Below are positions 55,791 through 63,556 of a stretch of 64,000 nucleotides of DNA, piece after piece; position 1 is the first letter of the stretch; each line of letters opens with the position of its first letter. Source of the DNA: Parcubacteria group bacterium (lineage in GTDB: Bacteria > Patescibacteriota > Patescibacteriia > UBA9934 > GWF2-40-263); contig JABMNZ010000025.1 of NCBI GenBank assembly GCA_013204395.1, forward strand, positions 9,007-73,006. Reading direction: 5' to 3'. The translations under genes and the position numbers were made by a program. The notes under the pieces are model-generated. The model did not search any database. It had not been told where the DNA came from and saw only the letters and a program-made list of their open reading frames with translations.

Positions 55791-56522
55791 TTACCGATAC
55801 TTTTCAACGAATCTACGCAGGATTTCCATAGGCACGGAGATCTCCTCTTTTTTACACCTTTCTTTTAAAGCCTCCGCTTCTTCAGGTGGGAAGTAGCCTT
55901 CATTTTTGTAGACATCGATTCGATCACAGACCCCTACGTTATCCAGCTCTGGGTGAAACTGAGTTGTGTAAACATTCTTTCCGATTCTGAATATGTTGTA
56001 AGGACATTGTTCAGATGATGCTAGCCACACAGCACCATTGGGTAGTTCCTGGCAGGCTTCTTTATGGCCAGTGAATGCTTGAAATGTGCTTGGCAGCCCC
56101 GTGAGAAGAGGATCGTCTTGGGCTTCAGGCTTTAACTTTATGGTGACACTCCCAGCGGCTTCCCCATACTTTTCCTTTGATACGAGACCTCCATGTTCTC
56201 GTGCAAGAAGGCCAAGTCCGTAGCACGCGCCAAAATAGGGAAAGTCCTTTGCGACAACACGTCTGAGTATTTCAGACAGCCATGCTTCTGCGGCAAGCTG
56301 GCGCTCGGACTTTTTCTCCTGAGCGTCGCTAACATTCCATGGTCCACCACCAACAATGATTCCTGAATAATCTTCAAGATTAATATCAGTAAGCTCGTCA
56401 GAGTCCATACGCATTCGAAATACATCTTCGGCGTTCATGTCGCCGTATTTCAAAATCGCGTCGAACTCGCCTTTAGAGACAAGGTCATTCTTACGTAGCT
56501 GTAAAATCAAGAATGGTTTCAT
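55791..56522 (-). CDS. class I glutamine amidotransferase-like protein
   Basis: Nucleophile context FGACYGLGLL, TTQFHPELD (His/Glu). 243 aa. Confidence 0.7.
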   Translation of the reverse strand: MKPFLILQLRKNDLVSKGEFDAILKYGDMNAEDVFRMRMDSDELTDINLEDYSGIIVGGGPWNVSDAQEKKSERQLAAEAWLSEILRRVVAKDFPYFGACYGLGLLAREHGGLVSKEKYGEAAGSVTIKLKPEAQDDPLLTGLPSTFQAFTGHKEACQELPNGAVWLASSEQCPYNIFRIGKNVYTTQFHPELDNVGVCDRIDVYKNEGYFPPEEAEALKERCKKEEISVPMEILRRFVEKYR

Positions 56523-56553
56523 ATAAGATCAATAATAATATTGAGTTCGAAGT

Positions 56554-56581
56554 TTGACAACTATTTATTCTCACGTATGAT
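56554..56581 (+). promoter_or_regulatory. strong sigma-70-like promoter at left border of GC-rich island
   Basis: TTGACA (56554-59), 16-nt spacer, TATGAT (56576-81). Two terminator-like hairpins follow (about 56627-56660 and 56672-56704) before the GNAT ATG at 56724. Confidence 0.45.
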
Positions 56582-56723
56582 GATTCTAGGTATGAATACA
56601 CAGATCCACACAACAACTTCACGCCGCCGCGGTCGCCACTAGGACGATCCGCGTTTTGTTATCATGCAACCGAGAGTCGTCCATAGGGCGACTCTTTTTG
56701 TTTTATCTAAAAAGGAGACGTCC

Positions 56724-57233
56724 ATGCCGACGATTCACACACATCCCTCATCTGTCCCGGATCACGTCTGGGACATCATCTCTGTGGCCACCACAGCAGA
56801 GCCAAAGATCGATTCCACCCGCAACACCCCTGAGAACCTCAAGGGTCTCTACCAGCGCCACCTTGCTGTGGTGCTCATGGCAGAAGGGGAGCCGGTCGGA
56901 TTCATCGCGGCCTGGCCGGTGGAAGATGGTTTCGCGGAGATCGGCTCCATCTGGATTCGCAGTGATCATCGTGGCAGGGGACTCAGTCACAAGCTATACG
57001 ATGCCGTGGCAGGTCTCAGAGGAATCAAAGAACTGGTGGCCTTCGGGGTCACAACCAACCCTATTTCCGTTCACGTCGGAAAGCGCGTAGGGCTGACGAT
57101 CGTCGATGACTGGAGCCGCCCGGTTCCCATGCATCTGACCTGCGGGCCTTGCGAGCTCATCGCACTCGCTGATCAGGCTACGTGTCCAAAACGAGGGACA
57201 TCATGTTGGCTTAGGGTCATGAAGCCTAAGTAA
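56724..57233 (+). CDS. GNAT family N-acetyltransferase
   Basis: AGGAGA SD then ATG 56724. IWIRSDHRGRGLSHKLYDAV (R/QxxGxG/A acetyl-CoA motif). GC-rich. The track ORF begins at 56664. Confidence 0.65.
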   Translation: MPTIHTHPSSVPDHVWDIISVATTAEPKIDSTRNTPENLKGLYQRHLAVVLMAEGEPVGFIAAWPVEDGFAEIGSIWIRSDHRGRGLSHKLYDAVAGLRGIKELVAFGVTTNPISVHVGKRVGLTIVDDWSRPVPMHLTCGPCELIALADQATCPKRGTSCWLRVMKPK

Positions 57234-57245
57234 CGCCCCGCACCA

Positions 57246-57280
57246 CCTGCCAGGACATACGGTCACGGCAGGTTTTTCTT
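57246..57280 (+). terminator. terminator after GNAT gene
   Basis: CCTGCC-(15 nt)-GGCAGG followed by TTTTTCTT. Confidence 0.55.
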
Positions 57281-57284
57281 ATCT

Positions 57285-57306
57285 GTCGGAAGCTAAGCTT
57301 CCGGCC
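57285..57306. repeat. palindrome element GTCGGAAGCTAAGCTTCCGGCC (copy 3 of 3)
   Basis: Identical 22-mer to 19198-19219, again directly after a terminator. Confidence 0.8.
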
Positions 57307-57395
57307 CGTGGGGGTTTTCTTAGCCTTTCTCGTTCCAGTGCAGGTTGTTTATGTAGGTATTTAAAAACCCCGATGTCGTATCGGGGGGGGGTGGA

Positions 57396-58220
57396 TCAGA
57401 GTTCCGGGTAGCGGTCCTCGATCCGGCGCACTAGTCGTTCGAACTCGGGCAGTCGGTGGTTGTCTGGTCTCCAGGCGATGGAGTCCATCAGGTTGATCTC
57501 CTCTACGATCCTTGCGCCATCTTGCGGAACGCCATCGACGAAGTCGCGACCCATGAGCCATACCGTGTCTGCGATGCGCAGAGCAGACCGGATGTCATGG
57601 GAGATCACAACGATGGTTCGGTGCTCGTCCATGTTGGTCGTTTCGACGAGAAGGTCACACACAGCCGTCTTAGCCAGGGTGTCGAGCCCGGAGAACGGTT
57701 CGTCCATCATGATCAGCTTGTCACCGTTGATGACCTGCTGAGCGATCGCCAGTCTTTGACGTTGGCCACCAGAGAGCTGAATGGGGTACTTGTCGATCTC
57801 TCGGGCGATTCCGAACCGCTCGAGGAGCTCCATGATTCGACTCTTGTAGTCGGTGGCAGAGATCTCGGGATTGTTCCGTGCCGATACCAACATGTTGCCC
57901 ATCACCGTGCGGTGAACGAGCAGCATGTAGTTCTGGTACACCACCCCCACTGATCCTGCGACCACTGGGACAAGCGGTGAGCCAGCCCTCACGATGCCCT
58001 CATTGGGCCTTTCCAGTCCGGCAAGGGCCCTGAACAACGTGGTCTTTCCACAACCCGATGGGCCGAGAATTGCCACGATCTGTCCTTGGGTCATGCCAGG
58101 TCGGATCACGTCATGAACTTGTACGGACAAACCCTTGAGGATGGTTCTGTCTCCGAAGGACTTGGTCACACCAACGGCTTCCAACAGCAGGTCGCCCCTT
58201 GAGTGTTCGTAGTCTCCCAT
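57396..58220 (-). CDS. ABC transporter ATP-binding protein (NitT/TauT nitrate/sulfonate/bicarbonate family)
   Basis: Walker A GPSGCGKTT, signature LSGGQRQR, Walker B LIMMDEPFS. GC-rich. Confidence 0.8.
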   Translation of the reverse strand: MGDYEHSRGDLLLEAVGVTKSFGDRTILKGLSVQVHDVIRPGMTQGQIVAILGPSGCGKTTLFRALAGLERPNEGIVRAGSPLVPVVAGSVGVVYQNYMLLVHRTVMGNMLVSARNNPEISATDYKSRIMELLERFGIAREIDKYPIQLSGGQRQRLAIAQQVINGDKLIMMDEPFSGLDTLAKTAVCDLLVETTNMDEHRTIVVISHDIRSALRIADTVWLMGRDFVDGVPQDGARIVEEINLMDSIAWRPDNHRLPEFERLVRRIEDRYPEL

Positions 58221-58221
58221 C

Positions 58222-58998
58222 TCAGTGTCCTCCTAGTGCGGTGTGCGGAGCGCAGACGCGCTTGGCCAGGCCCAACAGGTAGTCGATGCCGATGCCCATG
58301 ACAAGCACAAGCAGCATGATGGCCGTCTGGACGCCAGGGTCGGTGTACTTCTTGGCGTCGTACATGATGACTCCCAGGCCTCCTGAGCGTGAGATGACCT
58401 CCACACCAGCGAGCATGGCAAAGCCGATGGCGTTGTTCTGCCGCATGGCCTCCAGCGCATCTGCGAAGGTGCCAAAGACGACAATCTCTTTGACGATCTC
58501 CCACTCGCTCATCCTGAGCGTGCGGGCGTAGTCATATTTGCTCTGGGGAATCGCCATGACCACGGCAACCATGGAGGTCGTGAAGAAGACCGTGATGGCG
58601 AAGGTGAGCAGGGAGAGCTTTACACCGTCTCCGCTCACGAACATCTGCCTGGCGATGAACGAAAGTCCAGCGATCGACAGAAAGCGCATCAGGGTGACCC
58701 CCCTGACCAATGGCTGAACAAAGCCGAGGCTCCGTGCGTAGCTCAGGAGCAGGGAGATCACCGTTGCCAGGCCTAGGGCCATGGTGGTCAGCTTCAAGCT
58801 TTCCATGATGTCCAGGTAGAAGCTCTGTTTGCCCATAAGCCCCATGAGGGCGGAGAGCGTGTCAGAGACACCCGGAACGGTTGGGGAGCGCCACAGCTCC
58901 CACGTCAGGATGAAGACGGCGATCCAGATGATGGACCACAGCCAGAAACCAGCGGGAGACAAGGGTTGGTTTGGTGTAAACCATGCCTTGGGGTTCAT
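58222..58998 (-). CDS. ABC transporter permease (binding-protein-dependent inner membrane component)
   Basis: 258 aa, 6 TM. Adjacent to and 1 bp from the ATPase gene. Confidence 0.7.
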   Translation of the reverse strand: MNPKAWFTPNQPLSPAGFWLWSIIWIAVFILTWELWRSPTVPGVSDTLSALMGLMGKQSFYLDIMESLKLTTMALGLATVISLLLSYARSLGFVQPLVRGVTLMRFLSIAGLSFIARQMFVSGDGVKLSLLTFAITVFFTTSMVAVVMAIPQSKYDYARTLRMSEWEIVKEIVVFGTFADALEAMRQNNAIGFAMLAGVEVISRSGGLGVIMYDAKKYTDPGVQTAIMLLVLVMGIGIDYLLGLAKRVCAPHTALGGH

Positions 58999-59146
58999 TG
59001 CGCGCCCTCCTTAGACTGACTACATTTTGTCGTCAGCTTGAAATCATTGACTTGAGCAGCCGGGAAATACCAGCCGCTTAAGAAAATGCCCGACATCCAC
59101 ATCTGCAAGAGATGCTTAGTCGGGCAGCGTTGTCGTGCTCTACGTC

Positions 59147-59803
59147 CTAGAGCGTGATCACCCTCACTTCCACGCGACGGTTGGTCGCGCGACCCTGGGG
59201 AGTCCCGTTGGACTCCAGGGGGTTGTCCTCCCCGTGGGGGTGGACCGTGATCCGGTCCTTGGGGAAGGTCGCCGGGGCGATCTCCTGCAGGTAGACCTTG
59301 ACCGCGAAGGCGCGATCTTCGGACAGGACCAAGTTGGTCTCAGCTTCTCCCTGGCTGTCGGTGTAGCCGTGGATCTCTACCCGTGTGCTCTCGGCCATGA
59401 CCAGCAGGGTTGCCAGCTCGTCCAGGTCGCCGGCGGCGCTGGTGTTGAACTGTGCCGAACCGCTCTTGAAGCTGATCTGCCAGCTCCGCGATCCGATCAC
59501 CTGACCGGGGGCGCTGGAGGCCTTGGCGAAGTCCGGAGCGGCGATGCCACCACCCTCGACGCCTTCCAACTTGGAGGCGGCCAGGAGGTACTCACCGTTG
59601 AACACGTCGTCGAACGCGGGATAGGACGAGATGTCCTCGGGCCAGAGATCGACGGCGAGGTCGCCGTAGTACTCGTAGGAGCGCTTGAAGGGGTTGCCCG
59701 CCGATGGGTCAACTCCGTAGAACTGGAGTGCCTCGTCCATGGTGAAGGCCTGGCTTCCGCCGAGTCTCACGCGAACGGTGCGGGTCTTGTCCCACTCCTC
59801 CAT
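59147..59803 (-). CDS. OmpA/MotB-like C-terminal domain protein, in-frame continuation of upstream ORF across a single TAA
   Basis: VEIHGYTDSQGEAETNLVLSEDRAFAVKVYL ... NRRVEVRV OmpA-like signature. The ATG is 3 nt after the TAA of 59807..60964, in the same frame. Confidence 0.55.
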   Translation of the reverse strand: MEEWDKTRTVRVRLGGSQAFTMDEALQFYGVDPSAGNPFKRSYEYYGDLAVDLWPEDISSYPAFDDVFNGEYLLAASKLEGVEGGGIAAPDFAKASSAPGQVIGSRSWQISFKSGSAQFNTSAAGDLDELATLLVMAESTRVEIHGYTDSQGEAETNLVLSEDRAFAVKVYLQEIAPATFPKDRITVHPHGEDNPLESNGTPQGRATNRRVEVRVITL

Positions 59804-59806
59804 GCC

Positions 59807-60964
59807 TTAGTAGTAGGCGGCCCAGTCCTTCGCGTCCATGACGGCCGTCTGGTAGATGGCGAAGGACGCTTCGCCGCTGTGGGTGAGGGCTTCGCGGCTG
59901 GAGCGGACCTCGAGGTTGCCCTCGAAACCACCTGCCAGCCAGTTCACCACCTCGCCCTTGTGGGCCTGGTTCCACTTGCGGATGCCGAAGATCGCGTTGG
60001 GCATCTGCCCACTGTTCTCTTTGGTGGAGAAGATCTTCGCCAGGCCACCCTTGAGACGGGTGACGTTCACGTCGCCGGGGGTCCATGTGCAGGTGCCTGC
60101 GATGCAAACATTCTGCGTGCGACCGGTGAGCTTGCCACCCTTGACCTCCTTGAGGTCGTCGCACTGGTCCTCGATGTAGGCCTTGTCGCCCTCGTCGAAG
60201 CTGCCGGTGTACAGGAAGTTCAGCGCGTCGGGATCCCAGGTGTTCCCGTTGGGATTCACTGGGATGTTGTTGAGTGCTGCCCAAGTGAGGGCCACGTTGA
60301 TGTCGCCGTCACCCTGCACCCCCGCGAAGCGCTTGCCTCGGCAGAAGTCCGGGTTGTTCACGCACTCGGGTGGACCCATGAAGGTGTCCTCGCCCAGCGA
60401 CCGTCCGAAACCGCCGATGATCTCGGCGCGATACTCCGGTCCCAGCTTGGCGAGCTCACGGTTGAGTCCGTCGACGTACCAGGCCGCCGCATCGCCCATC
60501 ATGGCGGTGTGCGTGTAGCCGGCCGTGCAGTTGTCCGAGTTTGTGCGCTGCATCTGCGTGGCACAGGCGATGAGACCGTCCTTCTGGTCTCCGTACATGT
60601 CCTGGCCTTCGATGCGGAGGTTGACCCCCCACTTCTCCATGATGGAGCCCTGCAAGGTGCGGGGTCCACCGTTGGCGTGGTTCACGCCGGCCATGGAGTT
60701 CCAGGGGATGACGCCCCAGTAGATCTCGGTCGAGGTCATGGCCGCCGGGCTGTTCCCGGGGATGGTCACTCCCTCGCTGCTCGCGCTGACGCGCTGGTTC
60801 TGGAAGCTGTTGTCCAGCTCGACGTTGCCGTCGATGGTCACCGACTCGGTGCTCTCGGGTGCGGCCATGCGGTAGAGGGTGAGTCCACCAGCGAACATTG
60901 CCGCCAGAACAGCCACTACGGCGAACAGTCCACCGACCGCGCCCTTGTTTACGGATGTGCCCAT
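59807..60964 (-). CDS. secreted protein (signal peptide; possible solute-binding-like domain), N-terminal part of a split secreted/OmpA-domain gene
   Basis: Signal anchor GAVGGLFAVVAVLAAMFAGG. 385 aa, Cys-rich. Placed in an operon with ABC permease and ATPase. The TAA at 59807-59809 is followed in-frame by 59147..59803. Confidence 0.5.
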   Translation of the reverse strand: MGTSVNKGAVGGLFAVVAVLAAMFAGGLTLYRMAAPESTESVTIDGNVELDNSFQNQRVSASSEGVTIPGNSPAAMTSTEIYWGVIPWNSMAGVNHANGGPRTLQGSIMEKWGVNLRIEGQDMYGDQKDGLIACATQMQRTNSDNCTAGYTHTAMMGDAAAWYVDGLNRELAKLGPEYRAEIIGGFGRSLGEDTFMGPPECVNNPDFCRGKRFAGVQGDGDINVALTWAALNNIPVNPNGNTWDPDALNFLYTGSFDEGDKAYIEDQCDDLKEVKGGKLTGRTQNVCIAGTCTWTPGDVNVTRLKGGLAKIFSTKENSGQMPNAIFGIRKWNQAHKGEVVNWLAGGFEGNLEVRSSREALTHSGEASFAIYQTAVMDAKDWAAYY

Positions 60965-60994
60965 GTAACTATCTCCTCGAATGCCCAGAACTTG

Positions 60995-62125
60995 CTAGGA
61001 CTTGTTGGTTCTTCTTGCGGCGAGTTCCCTGCGGATTCTCGCCCGGCGATCTTCATCCGATTCCCCGGATGTGGTGGGAGCAGATTCTGGCTCTGCTACG
61101 GAAAGCGCTCTAGCTCTCCTGCCAAGTCTGCTTGTCGCAGACGATGGGTGTTCACTGGGAAGCTCCATGGCTGCCAGTTCACGTGTTGCCCCGCTCCATT
61201 GCCGAAGCACTTGCTGGCTTCCAGCAACGTTTGCGATGTTCACACGAGCCAGAACGTCATGTCCTTCTGCAAGGCGAATCTCGATATCAGCGGCACGCAT
61301 CTCTGCGGCAGCTCGGAGTTCTGCGACGGCTTGTCGGACAGAAAGTTCTTGCTCGGAACGTTCTCCCAGCTCACCAAGGTGGCTGCCTAGTGCATCCTGC
61401 CTCAGGTCCGCGCTGCGGAGCTGTGCTTCCTGCAAGGAAAGCTCTTCTTTGATCCGCATGATGTCCAGCTCCAGCTGGTTGCTCATCGTTTGGAGCGAAT
61501 CTCTGAACTGCTTGATGCCGGCGGTGAGTTGGCCGAATTTTGCGGCTGTTTGTTCTTTGAGGCCAGCCTTCTGAATGAGGACTTCAGCTCGACGTCTGTC
61601 ACCAGAGTCATCCAGATCCAGGGCTTCAGCCTTGAAGGCTTCAGCCTCACGGCTGCTCGAGTCTTCTTCTCGCTGACAGTCAGCGATGAATCGATCGATT
61701 CCAACCTGAGCCAGGAGCATGCGCTGGTGCTGCTTTTCAAGCCGGTCGATGACGTCACGTGTCTTTTCAACCGGATCTTCTTGCTCCGCTTCTTCATGTT
61801 CCCAATCATCTTCGGAGACATCCTCGTCTTCGATCAGGAACGTTCGGTAGGCCTTGGTGAACAAGGCTAGATACGAGGTGTAGGCAAGTCCTGCCAGGCC
61901 ACGCGCAGTCCTGTTCATTGCGGCCAAACCTGCCAGCAAGCCTCCACCCAAGATGGCACCCGCTACGATGAGCGGACCAGCAGGGGTGAAGGCAGCAGCG
62001 GCAAGCAAGGGCAGAAGGAGCCAGGCCAGCATTACGAGCACAGGAGCAAGAAGAACGGCACCAGTCATCTTGGCCGCCTTCAACTCCTTGGGAGTCATCC
62101 GTAGGCGGTCGATGAGGTCGTTCAT
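60995..62125 (-). CDS. membrane-anchored coiled-coil protein
   Basis: Two N-terminal TM helices, then about 250 aa of Glu/Arg/Ala-rich heptad-like sequence. Confidence 0.5.
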   Translation of the reverse strand: MNDLIDRLRMTPKELKAAKMTGAVLLAPVLVMLAWLLLPLLAAAAFTPAGPLIVAGAILGGGLLAGLAAMNRTARGLAGLAYTSYLALFTKAYRTFLIEDEDVSEDDWEHEEAEQEDPVEKTRDVIDRLEKQHQRMLLAQVGIDRFIADCQREEDSSSREAEAFKAEALDLDDSGDRRRAEVLIQKAGLKEQTAAKFGQLTAGIKQFRDSLQTMSNQLELDIMRIKEELSLQEAQLRSADLRQDALGSHLGELGERSEQELSVRQAVAELRAAAEMRAADIEIRLAEGHDVLARVNIANVAGSQQVLRQWSGATRELAAMELPSEHPSSATSRLGRRARALSVAEPESAPTTSGESDEDRRARIRRELAARRTNKS

Positions 62126-62140
62126 TGGTACTTACTCCTC

Positions 62141-62854
62141 TTAGGGGTTGTTGCCCGGGGGCTCCTCGGGGGTGGCATCGGGGTGCTGACCACGGACGAA
62201 GGCATCGGCCGCCATGAGTCCAGCATCGCGCTGTGCGATGTGGGCCATGGAGGCTTCCACCGCTTGTCCGATGGCGGCGCGCCGCGACTGAGCCTCGGCT
62301 TCTTCGATTTGGGCTTCACGGCGCAGCTGAGCGATCTCCATCTCCATCACCTGGGCACGCGCCCGCTTGTCGAGAACACTCGCTTCCAGCTCACCGACCT
62401 GCTCCTCGATGGCGCCGTCACGTCCCGCTTCGACTTCTTGACGGATGTCGGCGCAGGCTTGCCTGGCTTCGGCGATGTCCCAGAGCACATGTCCGGGCGT
62501 GAATCCTTGAGTGGTCTGCATGGCACCGGCCACGATCATGGCACGTTGGCCAGAGTCGGGCAGGCCCGGAGCAAACTGAGCATCGAGTTGACGCCACAGC
62601 GAGAATGCCGGAGCTGCTGCTGCAGCGATCTCGTCGTCGACGAGCCTGATGATCTCTTCGGGATCCATCTGCACGATCTCCGCACCCAAGGGGGCAGGGG
62701 TCGTGACTGGCGGCATGGTCGGCGGGGCCAACTCGGCTTCGAGCTGATTCATGGCCGCGGCCAAGTCTTCTGCTGAGAGCTCGGGGGTGTCGCCACCTCC
62801 TTTGGTCTCAACCAACAGTCCGGTTTTCAAACCGAGGGTCTTGAAAAAGCTCAT
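62141..62854 (-). CDS. coiled-coil protein (PspA-like composition, unassigned)
   Basis: 237 aa, N-terminal amphipathic MSFFKTLGLKTGLL, long acidic/Ala-rich helices. Confidence 0.5.
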   Translation of the reverse strand: MSFFKTLGLKTGLLVETKGGGDTPELSAEDLAAAMNQLEAELAPPTMPPVTTPAPLGAEIVQMDPEEIIRLVDDEIAAAAAPAFSLWRQLDAQFAPGLPDSGQRAMIVAGAMQTTQGFTPGHVLWDIAEARQACADIRQEVEAGRDGAIEEQVGELEASVLDKRARAQVMEMEIAQLRREAQIEEAEAQSRRAAIGQAVEASMAHIAQRDAGLMAADAFVRGQHPDATPEEPPGNNP

Positions 62855-63031
62855 ATCTCCTCCATGGTCCGGTTAGGACCAGTTCAGTGTTGTGATTCAT
62901 GGTTTTGTGAAGGTGTTCAGTTGTGAAGAACGACGGGGATTTTTACGTTAAAATGCTGAAAATGTCAACGGGTATAAAGGTGTGGATGAATCATTCGCTG
63001 TAAGGCCGTAGATTTAGTACCCTTTTATCGT

Positions 63032-63556
63032 ATGTTTACGAAAATATTGCTTTTTTTCGGTCTTATCCTTCTGGCATCAGTTGCTTATGCTGGTCATAAA
63101 GGGGCTCCTTGGGTTCCTACTTGGAAAAAGGACATGAAGAGGATTCGTGATTTGTTAAATCTGCAGGCAGGGGAGAGATGTGTAGAGCTTGGCTGTGGCA
63201 ATGGACGGATTTCTCGTGATCTTGCCAAGACAACAGATGCAAAAGAAATTGTCGGTTTTGAACTTAGCTTGCTACAATGGATGGTAGCGAAGTTGCAGAG
63301 TCGTCTGGACGGCTCATTTACAAAGACATCATTTGTTTTGGGTAACGCATTTAAGCATGACCTGTCTGGCTATGATGCGGTGTACATGTTTCTGATGCCA
63401 GAGACCTATAATAAAATCCAGCACAAACTTGAGAGTGAACTGAAGCCTGGCGCACGCGTTGTGACTTATGTCTGGCCTATAGCAGGTTGGATGCCAACAA
63501 AAATAGACAGGCAAGAAGGTTCCGTAGATATTTATCTTTATAAGCGTCCTTTATGA
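63032..63556 (+). CDS. signal-anchored class I SAM-dependent methyltransferase
   Basis: N-terminal hydrophobic MFTKILLFFGLILLASVAYA; motif I CVELGCGNGRIS. Confidence 0.55.
   Translation: MFTKILLFFGLILLASVAYAGHKGAPWVPTWKKDMKRIRDLLNLQAGERCVELGCGNGRISRDLAKTTDAKEIVGFELSLLQWMVAKLQSRLDGSFTKTSFVLGNAFKHDLSGYDAVYMFLMPETYNKIQHKLESELKPGARVVTYVWPIAGWMPTKIDRQEGSVDIYLYKRPL

Noticed and set aside
56656-57090. Alternative-frame 144-aa ORF overlapping the GNAT gene
   Set aside because: A different frame of the same strand with Pro/Ser/Arg-rich translation. The GNAT frame has an SD and an acetyl-CoA motif.
59135-61390. 751-aa plus-strand ORF
   Set aside because: It lies antisense to three well-supported minus-strand genes. 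Its composition is Gly/Val/Arg/Ala-rich (…GRATLGSPVGLQGVVLPVGVDRDP…), typical of spurious open frames in high-GC DNA.
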